Shown one piece after another: positions 21,821 to 32,128 of a stretch of DNA of 64,000 nt (its first letter is position 1; each line of letters starts with the position of its first letter). The DNA comes from Gammaproteobacteria bacterium (lineage in GTDB: Bacteria > Pseudomonadota > Gammaproteobacteria > CAJXQU01). The stretch lies in assembly GCA_965238175.1 (NCBI GenBank), contig CBDEGZ010000003.1, positions 2,048,001 to 2,112,000 of the forward strand. Reading direction: 5' to 3'. The notes under the pieces are model-generated. The model was not told the origin of the DNA. It saw only the letters and a list, made by a program, of their open reading frames with translations, and did not search any database. A program made the translations under genes and the position numbers.

Positions 21821-22714
21821 TTATTCGCGGGTTATCTGGAAATGCAGAACATGCTCGGGATGTTCTTTGAAAGATTTACCAAAACTTATCTCACCCTCGG
21901 GCGGTAGAAGCATTTCGTCTCGGCGTAGAAATATCTCTCGACCTTTTTCATTTTTTATCCAAGTTCCATTGGTACTTAAGTCAATGATGAAAAGCTTTCC
22001 TCGACGATTTTCTATCGTGAGATGTTGTCGCGAGGCTAATTCTTCTTCTAAGGCTATATCGCAATGCATACTTCTACCAACTGCGAATTGGTTTTGTTTG
22101 TCACGGAAGACATAACCTTGCTTATTGTATTGCATCATTAAGGTTGTTGGTATTTTATTTTTGCGAGCGGCACCAATTGTCATTTGAGTGAGATCTTTTT
22201 CGTCATCAAATATTTCATAGATATCAATATCTTCAGATTTTCCTTTCATTTGAGTTCTATCAATGTGTCGACAATTTTCAAAAAGTCCTGTAGGTAATTG
22301 TTTTGCAGTTTCTCCTGAAGTTATAATTTGTCCTGGTTTTGAGAGGGAGACAAGTCGGGCGGCGATATTAACGGAATCACCAAAGACATCACCATTCTCC
22401 ATAATCGTAGGCCCGGAGTGTAGGCCAACCCGGATATCCAATCTTTTATGTAGTTCAACTTGAATAGACTCTTTTTGTATTTGACAGGCCGCTTTGACGG
22501 CATTCTCCACCGATTCAAACCGAATCATTAGTTCATCACCGATGGTTTTGACAATGATTCCACCACTACGTTCTGCAATTGTTTCAATTGATTGTAAACA
22601 TTCGGAAACTCGTTCTTTAGCCTTTTGATCACCAAGCCTTTCGTACAGTTGAGTGCTGTTACAAATATCAGCAAATAACAGGGTTTGATTGGTGTTTTTT
22701 ACTTTTGTGGTCAC
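21821..22714 (-). CDS. Class III adenylate/guanylate cyclase with C-terminal FHA domain
   Basis: LFADICNST, KTIGDE, DVFGDSVNIAARL, FHA GR...SRQH...STNGT. Probable GTG start at 22714; the ORF-track extension lies inside IS3. Confidence 0.88.
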   Translation of the reverse strand: MTTKVKNTNQTLLFADICNSTQLYERLGDQKAKERVSECLQSIETIAERSGGIIVKTIGDELMIRFESVENAVKAACQIQKESIQVELHKRLDIRVGLHSGPTIMENGDVFGDSVNIAARLVSLSKPGQIITSGETAKQLPTGLFENCRHIDRTQMKGKSEDIDIYEIFDDEKDLTQMTIGAARKNKIPTTLMMQYNKQGYVFRDKQNQFAVGRSMHCDIALEEELASRQHLTIENRRGKLFIIDLSTNGTWIKNEKGREIFLRRDEMLLPPEGEISFGKSFKEHPEHVLHFQITRE

Positions 22715-22776
22715 TTTAAGGTAGCCCAGGTATTCCGGACACTTCAAAAGAGAGACAATACTTTTAGAGGTGAGCC

Positions 22777-23073
22777 ATGTCAAAACGTCAAAGTTATACC
22801 CGAGAATTCAAGTTAGAGGCCGTGCGACTGCTTGAGCAAAGTGACCAAACAGCCGCTGAGCTTGCGATTCAATTAGGTGTGCGTCGCAATCAACTGTATA
22901 AGTGGCAAGAAGAAGTCAATCAACACGGTAGCAGCGCTTTTCCAGGATCTGGTCGACGCGAAGCCAGCGAGGAAAGCGAAGTCGTGCAACTTCGCCGTGA
23001 GCTTAAGCGTGTTAAGGAGGAACGCGACATACTAAAAAAGGCCGCACAGTTCTTTGCCAAGGAACTGGATTAA
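22777..23073 (+). CDS. IS3 transposase OrfA
   Basis: YTREFKLEAV HTH, ERDILKKA; AAAAAAG -1 frameshift motif at 23034-23040. Confidence 0.92.
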   Translation: MSKRQSYTREFKLEAVRLLEQSDQTAAELAIQLGVRRNQLYKWQEEVNQHGSSAFPGSGRREASEESEVVQLRRELKRVKEERDILKKAAQFFAKELD

Positions 23074-23111
23074 AGTATCGCTTTATACAACAACATAAAA
23101 CACACTTTCGA

Positions 23112-23888
23112 GTGCGTAGCATGTGTCGTGTGTTCAAAGTCAGCTCAAGTGGTTACTATGAATGGCGTACACGCAGTGAAAGCCAGCGTTCACAAGAAGA
23201 TCGTGCGTTAATTGAAGAAATTCAAAATATCCATCGCCAGTCTCGCCACGCTTATGGTTACGTGAAAACGTGGAAAGCCCTGCAAGCTCAAGGCATTGCA
23301 TGCGGTAAACATCGTGTTGCACGCCTACGCAAAGATAATGGTATTGAAGCGAAGCGTAGTCAGCGGTTTAAAGTAACGACTCGCTCCAAACATCAACACT
23401 GGATCGCTTCCGATCATGTAAAGCGAAAGTTTTATGCTGAACAACCCAACCAAATCTGGGCAGGTGATGTGACCTTTATTCCAACACAGCAAGGTTGGTT
23501 ATATCTAGCCATCTTACTGGACCTATATTCACGCAAGGTGATTGGCTGGTCGATGTCACATCGAAACGACCAGCAATTAACGATAAGCGCTTTGCAGATG
23601 GCGAACACGCATCGACAACCCCAAGACGCATTGATTCATCACACGGATCGAGGAAGGCTTTATGCCACTGATCAATACCGTGCATTAATGAAGCAACACA
23701 ACATCATTCCGAGCATGTCACGCAAAGGAAATTGTTATGACAATGCCGTCTCAGAAACATTCTTTAGTACGTTAAAGAATGAACTGATACATGAGAAATG
23801 CTATGCAACAAGAGAGGAAGCGAGAAGAGATATTTTTGAATACATTGAATGCTTTTACAATCGACAACGCATTCATCAAACATTAAAT
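23112..23888 (+). pseudogene. IS3 transposase OrfB (DDE), C-terminally truncated
   Basis: WAGDVT, HTDRG, DNAVSE, YNRQRIHQTLN, then IS481 sequence. Confidence 0.88.
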
Positions 23889-25114
23889 TGTAGAAGTTTA
23901 GACCCAATCTGACACATCACTAAATCAAGCGGAGCGTAGCGACGCTTGATTTAGTGAGAGTTACCCGCTTTGATGTAACTGCAACGTAAACATCAAAACA
24001 CAAAGAGGTAACTCTCATGATTCATACTAATGACAAAGTTATAAAACATAAAGTTGGTCTACTCAATCTCGCTGAAGAACTCGGCAATGTCTCAAAAGCC
24101 TGCAAGATGATGGGTTTGTCCAGAGATACATTTTATCGCTACAAAGAAGCGGCTGATGAAGGCGGTGTAGAAGCCTTGTTTGATCGTAATCGGCGTACCC
24201 CAAATCTTAAAAACAGAATCGACCCGGCTATTGAAACCGTTGTGCTCGAGTATGCACTGGAAGAGCCCGCACATGGTCAAACGCGCACCAGTAACGAGCT
24301 GCGCAAACGGGGAACATTTGTCTCACCCAGTGGCGTTCGTTGTATCTGGCTTCGTCATGGTCTTGCTTGCTTTAAAGATCGCCTGAAGGCATTGTCTGAT
24401 AAGGTAGCTGGTGAAGGCTTGATCCTCACTGAGTCTCAAGTCGCGGCGATGGAACGCAAGAAAGACGACGATGAGGCTTGTGGCGAGATAGAGACGGCAC
24501 ACCCTGGTTATCTTGGCTCGCAAGATACTTACTATGTCGGTACTTTCAAAGGCATTGGTCGGGTTTATCAACAAACGTTTGTTGATACTTACAGCAAGGT
24601 CGCTCACGCGAAACTGTACCCGACTAAAACACCGATTACGGCAGCTGACATGCTCAATGACCGCGTCCTCCCATTCTACGAAGAACAACGTTTGCCTATG
24701 TTGCGCATTTTGACAGATAGAGGGACGGAGTATTGTGGGCGAGCTGACCAGCATGATTATCAGCTTTATATGGCGTTGAACAATATCGAACACACCAAAA
24801 CCAAGGTCAAATCACCTCAGACGAATGGTATTTGTGAGCGATTCCATAAGACGATCCTCAATGAGTTTTATCAAGTCGCTTTGCGTAAGAAAATTTACCA
24901 ATCGATTGATGAACTGCAACTCGACCTTGACGAATGGTTGCTCAAATACAATACTCAACGAACTCACCAAGGCAAAATGTGCTGCGGGAGGACGCCGATG
25001 GAAACACTCATCGACGGACAAGCTATCTGGAAGGAAAAGTTTGTGAATTAAACTTAACCTGACAGTCGGTTACTGATAATTGGGTAACTGTCAGATCAAA
25101 TCTGAATTTCTACA
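23889..25114 (+). mobile_element. IS481-family element (ISSod13-like)
   Basis: Terminal IRs TGTAGAAGTTTAGACCCAATCTGACA / TGTAGAAATTCAGATTTGATCTGACA; single transposase; internal hairpin at about 23918-23956. Confidence 0.92.
24017..25051 (+). CDS. IS481-family transposase
   Basis: LAEELGNVSKAC HTH, QDT, TDRGTEYCG, PQTNGICERFH. Confidence 0.95.
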   Translation: MIHTNDKVIKHKVGLLNLAEELGNVSKACKMMGLSRDTFYRYKEAADEGGVEALFDRNRRTPNLKNRIDPAIETVVLEYALEEPAHGQTRTSNELRKRGTFVSPSGVRCIWLRHGLACFKDRLKALSDKVAGEGLILTESQVAAMERKKDDDEACGEIETAHPGYLGSQDTYYVGTFKGIGRVYQQTFVDTYSKVAHAKLYPTKTPITAADMLNDRVLPFYEEQRLPMLRILTDRGTEYCGRADQHDYQLYMALNNIEHTKTKVKSPQTNGICERFHKTILNEFYQVALRKKIYQSIDELQLDLDEWLLKYNTQRTHQGKMCCGRTPMETLIDGQAIWKEKFVN

Positions 25115-25186
25115 TGTTAGGTTAATATTTCTTCCTCAACAAAAGACACTTTAGTGAAAGGATGTCTATCAATCATGCAGCTAAAT

Positions 25187-25735
25187 TTATTTAGCAGCTT
25201 GCTCTTTTTTAGCTTTTTCTATCTCTGCTTTCTCTAATTTCTGTTTTTCCTTTTCTATTTTTTTCAATTCTTCTTCAGTTAATCCTTTACCAATTAATAT
25301 TTTCTCTTCATCTTGATCATTTTTATCGTAGATTAAGTTTTCATCCATGATAATCTTAACCCAGCTAGGGTAGTTATATGCAGTACCCTTATTATGATCA
25401 ATGATTGCACCAATACCACCGCCAAATAAAATATTGCCCCACATCCCACCATTGGCACGTGAAATTAAGACACCAGAACCATCTGCTTGGCCTTCTTTAG
25501 AACACTTTACTAATAAATTATCAGCTGATCTATGCACCTCAGCAGCACCTTGTGTTTCGAGTTGCCATTCACCTCGCTTATTTTTTAGTACACAGTGTGC
25601 ATCATCAATAATATGATTACTGTTATCTTCTGTTGTAACTTGTACTGTTTGATAGGAATCATTTGTAATTGAGGCACACCCAACGATATTAATTATAAGG
25701 CTGCCAATCGTGATTAATTTTATGAAACAGTTCAT
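25187..25735 (-). CDS. Hypothetical lipoprotein
   Basis: IVGC lipobox, GNILFGGGIGAIID..G.AY.YP motif, Lys/Glu-rich tail. Confidence 0.75.
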   Translation of the reverse strand: MNCFIKLITIGSLIINIVGCASITNDSYQTVQVTTEDNSNHIIDDAHCVLKNKRGEWQLETQGAAEVHRSADNLLVKCSKEGQADGSGVLISRANGGMWGNILFGGGIGAIIDHNKGTAYNYPSWVKIIMDENLIYDKNDQDEEKILIGKGLTEEELKKIEKEKQKLEKAEIEKAKKEQAAK

Positions 25736-26188
25736 ATTTTTACTAACTCCTTGGATTAATTTATTGAAAGGCATGAAGTACCATGCATACACGCTTTAAT
25801 AATTATTTTTAGAATAATCATTGAAGTATGTTTCTGCAATATAACTAGGTTTACTGATAAAAAATCGAACGTGCATTCTATATGAATATAGATTGATTTA
25901 TAGACAGGATGGGTATTTTGCCCCACTCTTTTACAAATTATTGAAGCAATCGATTAAGGCTTGATTGAATTTGGCCTGAGTATATTTTTCACTTTAAAAA
26001 TATTCCATTTACTGTTTAGTTAAAAACTACTATTCAGAACTATTTAATGTACGAAAATAGATATTTGGTGATACGAGAAAAACACAAATGTTGAAATTTT
26101 TTCTAGTTAGTTTGATTTAGTATAAGAAGAGATGGTTTAACATTATTGAATAGCTAAATGAGTAACCACAGGGTGTATAGCTTCAATA

Positions 26189-26270
26189 TTGAGATCCTTC
26201 GTAATGGCTCAGGATCATTCATCTTGTTTAGCACTTGTCATTCTGAAGACGTTAGCAGAAAGAATCTCAA
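26189..26270. repeat. Inverted pair of REP-like palindromic units
   Basis: TTGAGATCCTTCG...TCAGGATCA facing GTCATTCTGAAG...GAAAGAATCTCAA. Confidence 0.45.
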
Positions 26271-27552
26271 CAACAAGGTTTTTTTTAAGTGTCTAATTTT
26301 TTTGTAAACAGTATGGGAAAATCCTTATCCCCTGTACTCTTAACTAATTCCTTGGCTTGCAAGATACTCTTCATACGTGCCGGCAAAATCTACAAATCCA
26401 TCTTCTCTCATATCAAAGATACGAGTTGCTAATGATCCAACAAACTCGCGGTCATGACTGACGAAAAATAAAGTACCTTCATATTGTTCCAAAGCCATGT
26501 TAAGCGATTCAATTGATTTCATGTCCATATGGTTAGTTGGTTCATCCATGATCAACATATTCGGCTTTTGTAGAATTAATTTACCAAACATCATTCGTCC
26601 TTTTTCCCCACCGGAAAGGACATTTACTTTCTTATCGATCATCTTTCCTGAGAATAAGAGACGACCGAGTGTGCCTCGAATAACCTGTTCATCATCTTCA
26701 GGAGAACCCCATTGTGCCATCCAGTCATACAAACTGATATCCGCTTCGAAGAAGTGTTCATGATCTTGTGCGTAATAACCAATGTTAGAATTTTCAGACC
26801 ATTTGATCGATCCTGTCTTACTCGGTATCTCACCAAATAAAGTTTTGACGAAGGTGGATTTACCAATCCCGTTAGGTCCAATAATTGCGATCCGTTCGCC
26901 GACTTCAGTCATAAAACTTAAGTCCTTAAACAATGGTTCATTATCATCATAAGATTGGCTAAGGTTTTCAACTTCCAATGCATTTCTAAATAATTTCTTT
27001 TCTTGTTCAAATCGAATGTAAGGGTTAACACGGCTGGACGGTTTTATATCATCAAGCTCGATCTTCTCGATTTGCCTGGCTCTTGAAGTCGCTTGTTTTG
27101 CTTTTGAAGCATTAGCAGAAAAACGTGCAACGAAATCTTGTAACTCTTTTATCTGATCTTTCTTTTTAGCGTTATCTGCCAGTTGTCGTTGTCGTACTTG
27201 TGTAGATGCCAACATATAAGCATCGTAATTTCCAGGGTAAACGCGCAGCTCACCGAAATCCATATCGGCCATATGTGTACAAACACTGTTCAAGAAATGT
27301 CGATCATGCGAGATGATAATTATGGTGCTGTTTCGTTGATTGATAATATCCTCCAACCAACGAATAGTATTAATATCTAGATGATTGGTGGGTTCGTCGA
27401 GTAACAAAATATCCGGATCGGCAAATAACACCTGCGTCAATAAAATACGTAATTTCCAACCCGGTGCGATCTCACTCATTGAACCATAGTGTTGTCCTGT
27501 CGGTATCCCAACACCGAGTAACAACTCACCTGCACGAGATTCCGCGGTATAA

Positions 27553-28657
27553 GGCGGTTTCAAGTTCCAAGTGCGCCATTAACGGCTTTCAAAAAGACCT
27601 CTTCCGGTGTTCGATAGTTGAGTGATTTACGAGGTCGTTGATTAATTAATGTAACGGCTTTTTTAATCTGCCTTTTTGTTACTTTACGGAAGTCCGTGCC
27701 TTTTGGAAAGTAACGTCGTAACAAGCCGTTGGTTTGCTCATTTGTACCACGCTCCCAAGGGGAGTATGGATGCGTAAAATAAACGGACATTTGTTTACTT
27801 TGTGCTATTTCATGATGCCGTACATTTTCACTACCATTGTCCAAAGTCAGTGTCTTACACAACGTCTCTGGAATGGATTTAAAACATTTCTTAGTGGCCA
27901 TGGTAAACGTATCTGCACAGCCATCCATTAATTTCTCAGCAAGCAAAAAACGACTCTTACGTTCGACATGCGTCGCTAATCCACCCCCGCCTTTGCATCC
28001 TTCAACCGTATCACCTTCCCAATCGCCCAGTCGGTTACGTCTGTCGACAACAGTAGGACGTTCCTCAATACAAACGCGGCCAGGGATATGGCTTCGCTTA
28101 CCTGCTGGGCGCTGTCGTTTACGTTTGTTATGTTGAGAGCTCAAGCAAGTATATAACTCACCTCCATCAAACGCATCTCGATAGATCCACTGATAAATAC
28201 ATTCTGTACTGACGTACCTTTTAGTCGTTGTTCGTTTCAAATAACCGCTGATGGCATCGGGCGACCAATGTTGATGCAATGTTGATGTAAGTGTTTCTGA
28301 ACAAATTCGTAAAGAGATGCATTATCACGTTTTCGATAATGGCGAGCCTGTGTCTTACGAAGACAGGCTTGTCTATCAGCAAATTCGTTACAGTAAGATA
28401 AGTTTCGTAGGCGACCATTGCGTGTGACTTCTCGGGCAATGGTACTGTGGTGACGATTGAGACGTCGTCCAATGTCTCGATAGCTTAATCCCCAGTGCAA
28501 TAAATACATTAAGGTGTGACGTTCTTTTGCGCTAAAATGATGATAAGGCATGGCTTTTTCTCCAATAGAATAAGATCTCGACAATCTCATTCTAGCAAGA
28601 CGGAAAGTCATGTCTTTTTAATCACGGCTAGTGGCGCGCTTTGGAGTTGAAACCGCC
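27553..28657 (-). mobile_element. IS30-family element
   Basis: IRs GGCGGTTTCAAGTTCCAAGTGCGCCA / GGCGGTTTCAACTCCAAAGCGCGCCA; TAA duplicated at 27550-27552 and 28658-28660. Confidence 0.93.
27560..28551 (-). pseudogene. IS30 transposase, frameshifted
   Basis: HTH RHHSTIAREV, GDWEGDT, TLDNGSE, RGTNEQTNGLLR; 11-bp tandem duplication CAATGTTGATG at 28266-28287. Confidence 0.9.
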
Positions 28658-29115
28658 TAACCATCCATCTCCGCATATTCAACTTCTAGTTCGGCCACTT
28701 TCATGCCTTCTTCATCAGACATTTCTGGCAGGTTATAGATACGATCGCGTTCTTTATGGACTTCCCATAATTTTGGATTGCCCATAATTACCACATCAAT
28801 GACACGTTGATCTTCGTAAGCAAACTGATCTTGTTTCAACACCGCGAATGATTCATTCGCATCGATACTGACATTGCCAGAACTTGCCTCCAATTCACCA
28901 GAAAGGATCTTCATAAAAGTCGATTTTCCACAACCATTCGCACCGATCAAACCATAACGATTACCCTCTCCAAACTTAACAGAGATATTTTCAAAAAGCG
29001 GCTTAGCGCCGAATTGCATCGTGACATTAGCAGTTGTTAGCAAGGTATTTTCCCTGTGGGATTGTCGTGAGATTTTCGGAGCTTAAGTAGTTTAAGGTTC
29101 TCAAAAAAACGCGAC

Positions 29116-29121
29116 ATTATA
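29116..29121 (-). promoter_or_regulatory. Putative sigma-70 -10 box of the ABC-F gene
   Basis: TATAAT followed by GC-rich GTCGCG, about 75 bp upstream of the start. Confidence 0.4.
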
Positions 29122-29541
29122 CACAGTCGGTGCTTTGTTTAATAAGGCTGCATAGTATTATTCTGTGGAATTTTGAAACGGTACGAGGGGGGAAACCGAG
29201 CGGCTAAGCAAATGTAGACTTTGCAAAGGTTAATTTAGGTCAATTAATGGACAAGATGTGAGAAAACTTATTAATGAACTTTCATAATGTTAGTTGATTT
29301 ATTTATTGTCAAACATCACAAATCGGTGAACACTATGAAAGCCAAAAATATTATTGAAGGAACCTTTAAGAGGTTATGCATTTGGTTAAAGATTTTTGAG
29401 AGATGCAGCGGTTCATGAGAGAGCGTTGTATGTTTAAGCATGCATACCAATTTCAAGGGGATCGCTTAGGGGAAGGCTCATTTATTTTGATTGAATATAA
29501 AACCGTTATCTAACAAAAATAATTTTAAACTTTATTACAAT

Positions 29542-30045
29542 TCATAGGTTTATTATGATTCTTTGGTAGGTTTCTAAAATATCAAGATCTTTTTTCGTCA
29601 GTATACATTTTGATAATTCCATATAAACTTTAGCAATTTCCTGGCACAGGTGCTTGCGAGTGTTTATAGAAGTACCAGATGAGTTGAATGCCTGAATTAA
29701 AAAATAAAATGCTTCTATCAAACATTTCTTTTTTAGTTTATCTTTTTTATGAACATCCCATAGGTTTGCTATATTCAAATATGAAACGATAACTACCCCA
29801 ACCAGGCCATCCGTAAAGTTGCTATTACCTTGATAGATTTCATAATGATTTTTTGCTATCTGTATAGCTTTTTTATAATGCTGTGATGCAATAAATATTT
29901 CACTCTTATTCATTGCATCGTTGGCAAGCATTGTCGTATGCTTCCAGCTAATTTCATCAAAAATATTCATAATTTCGGGATTATCTTTAATAGGGGATTG
30001 TTTATTACTTTTTACGAGTTTAAGAGCTGTCATTTGGTCCATCAT
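29542..30045 (-). CDS. Hypothetical helical protein, DUF2753-like
   Basis: W..HT.LA..A...HY..A and VIVSY.NIANLW pattern (family recalled from memory); AGGAGG RBS. Confidence 0.6.
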   Translation of the reverse strand: MMDQMTALKLVKSNKQSPIKDNPEIMNIFDEISWKHTTMLANDAMNKSEIFIASQHYKKAIQIAKNHYEIYQGNSNFTDGLVGVVIVSYLNIANLWDVHKKDKLKKKCLIEAFYFLIQAFNSSGTSINTRKHLCQEIAKVYMELSKCILTKKDLDILETYQRIIINL

Positions 30046-30154
30046 AATTCCTCCTTAAGGAAAAAGTAATGCGATCCATAAATTGCTAAATAGCTATAAA
30101 ATATTTGCTGGCTGGGAATACGCTGTTAACTATATATTAAAATAATTATCCATT

Positions 30155-30306
30155 TTATTTGGTCAATATTAGCTTATCATTACGTGTTATTTGTAGAACA
30201 TATTGCTGTCCCATGTGCTCAACCATGATTTTTTTCTGCTTTGAAAAAGTTCAGTTGAGGAATAACATTTCACATTGGGTTTAACGATTTTATCATCAAC
30301 TTTCAT
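30155..30306 (-). pseudogene. hemP: Hemin uptake protein HemP, 1-nt deletion in an A7 run (not in the ORF track)
   Basis: MKVDDKIVKPNVKCYSSTELFQSRKK / IMVEHMGQQYVLQITRNDKLILTK*, the HemP/YdiE C-terminal signature; frame break at about 30229-30235. Confidence 0.8.
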
Positions 30307-30430
30307 ATCTAATCCTGTGAATAATAAAAAAAGCGTCTATTTACAAATGCTTCTTAATTTTCATGGGATCGAGTACTAAAAAATGTCTTTTAAATACTCT
30401 ATAGCACATTCAAAGAAAGAAATTTGATCA

Positions 30431-30670
30431 CTAACTATGTAGATTGGTTACGTTAGTCGTTTCTGTAGCCAACGTTAAATCAGCTTGTCGGCTTTTATTC
30501 ATCTCTAATAGTGCCAGACGTAAATCAGATGAAATCTTTCTGAAATCATCTTCTTTGAAGCGAACGAAAACAGCGCCTACGCTGAGTAAAACAGTTTTAC
30601 AATCAGGGCAATAATGTGCTTCACATGTTTCTGATACTACTAATGATTTTGCATGACAATTTGAATCCAT
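30431..30670 (-). CDS. Small Cys-containing hypothetical protein (CPDC)
   Basis: 79-aa ORF with GAGG RBS, directly downstream of a Fur box. Confidence 0.7.
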   Translation of the reverse strand: MDSNCHAKSLVVSETCEAHYCPDCKTVLLSVGAVFVRFKEDDFRKISSDLRLALLEMNKSRQADLTLATETTNVTNLHS

Positions 30671-30734
30671 CTTATAAATACCTCTCTAATTCGTGTCCTG
30701 TAGTATGCTTCTTAATATTTAATAATCACTCAAC

Positions 30735-30753
30735 GCTAATGATAATCATTATC
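30735..30753. promoter_or_regulatory. Fur box
   Basis: GCTAATGATAATCATTATC, 18/19 match to GATAATGATAATCATTATC. Confidence 0.85.
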
Positions 30754-31012
30754 AACAAAGTTGTAAAGAGGAGATTATTAAACAGGTTTATTCTTTTTGA
30801 TTGAGGTATAAGATGCTTATAGAAAATTAGTTAGGCTGATGAAAATACTTGTGTTGAAATATTAAATTAAGAAAATAAGTATGATCAGACATCATTTAAA
30901 ATTGCCATATCGAGTTTCTCATAATCTTTCACATATTTTGCTAAAGGATATCTTCTGACGCTAATCCACTTTTAACATCAATTTATTCAAATTAAATAAA
31001 AGAGGAGCTGAT

Positions 31013-31218
31013 ATGGAAGTCAGTTCTATAGGTGTCGCTGAGCATACTCAAACCGCAGCACAAGCAAAACCCGCTACACCTCAAGCCGTACCAGAAGTTA
31101 AAGTCGAAAGTAAACCAACAGAAAGTAAGCTGCTCAAGCAAGAGAAGCGCAAGCAGAATCACAGCCACCTCCATCTACTGACCCTAATGTCGGTAAAATG
31201 ATTAATGTAATTGCTTAA
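31013..31218 (+). pseudogene. Small low-complexity protein with YjfB/motility-type C-terminus, frameshifted
   Basis: GAGGAG RBS; an alternative frame after about 31128 reads AAQAREAQAESQPPPSTDPNVGKMINVIA*. Confidence 0.55.
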
Positions 31219-31240
31219 ATACTGCAATAAGACAGGAACG

Positions 31241-31281
31241 ACTTAGCGACTGATTTAGCCACTAAGTATATGTTTTTTTTT
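31241..31281 (+). terminator. Putative rho-independent terminator
   Basis: ACTTAGCGACT-loop-AGCCACTAAGT hairpin (G-U pairs) followed by a T run. Confidence 0.5.
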
Positions 31282-31331
31282 GATCTATCTAAAAATAAAT
31301 ACTGTAAGATAGATTTGACGTACTAACTACG

Positions 31332-31412
31332 GATCAATAAACATCCTCCAAATCATGTAACTTCAGGAAGTTGTTTTTTTCAATTTCAAAAGCCTGTATT
31401 TCAAACTCGTTA
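31332..31412. repeat. 81-bp direct repeat, copy 1
   Basis: 79/81 identical to 33595-33675. Confidence 0.95.
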
Positions 31413-31550
31413 TACCCGCCGTATATTTCAAAACCGAACCGCTAGCTGGAAAATAAATTTTTCTCTATAACTGTTTAGTTTTTTGTATTCATATGTTTGG
31501 ATGACTTATGATCAAGAAATGTTTTATACAAAATTCATCTATACCCGTTC

Positions 31551-32128
31551 GTGAAAAAGCTAGCTTTTAATCTAGTTCTAGTGTGTTTGAGTGCAGCGGC
31601 AGCTATTGCTCTTCATCTTGTGTTGTATTCAACTCTTCTTGGTATGATTTCTGATGACAGGGTTACCAATCAACAAAATAAACAAGCATTTGTAGAAGTA
31701 GGTGAATTTAAAGTCGTCGGGCTTGATGGTGAGATCGCTTTTACAAACGTATCGGATGCGAGAGTGGCAATTAAATCACTTTGGGATCGGTTCAATAGCG
31801 ATGCTGACTTACATAGTATGGCTGACTGGTTGCAACCAAATAGGTATACGCAATCTATACTCCGCTACAAATAGCCGAAAACTTAATGAAGCTTACTGTT
31901 GGTTTTGCACAAACAGATTTTTCTGGATCAATTGCATGTAATGTTGTTGACGTACCGAGTGGTCAATATCATCATTATGTAATGGCATCAGTTGATTTTA
32001 ACGAGGTGGACGTGGTGTGGCAAAAAATATTTGCAGCTGAAACAGCACCTTCAACCGTTATCGAAAGATACACAATTGACACGATGGGCGAAGTTCAGGA
32101 AACCCAAATTCAGGCGCTTTTTGAATGA
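31551..32128 (+). pseudogene. Membrane-anchored GyrI/Cass2-like effector-binding protein, frameshifted
   Basis: FKVVGL...AIKSLWDRF and VDVPSGQY...VWQKI...ERY halves join via RVYAIYTP if one base is added at about 31844. Confidence 0.65.

Larger units (their letters stand above)
22717..23888 (+). mobile_element. IS3-family element, right end missing
   Basis: Left end TAAGGTAGCCCAGGTATTCCGGACAC resembles an IS3 IRL; orfA/orfB present; cut by IS481 at 23889. Confidence 0.88.
26340..29043 (-). pseudogene. ybiT: ABC-F family ATPase interrupted by IS30
   Basis: N-part GANGCGKST...EMDG (28658-29043) and C-part [11 protein letters not shown]... (26340-27552) join in frame once the IS and one TAA copy are removed. 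Confidence 0.92.

Noticed and set aside
22715-22783. Extended N-terminus of the cyclase
   Set aside because: It lies inside the IS3 left end
30942-30964. Sigma-28 promoter for the 31013 gene
   Set aside because: Spacing between TAAA and GACGCTAA is too short for the consensus
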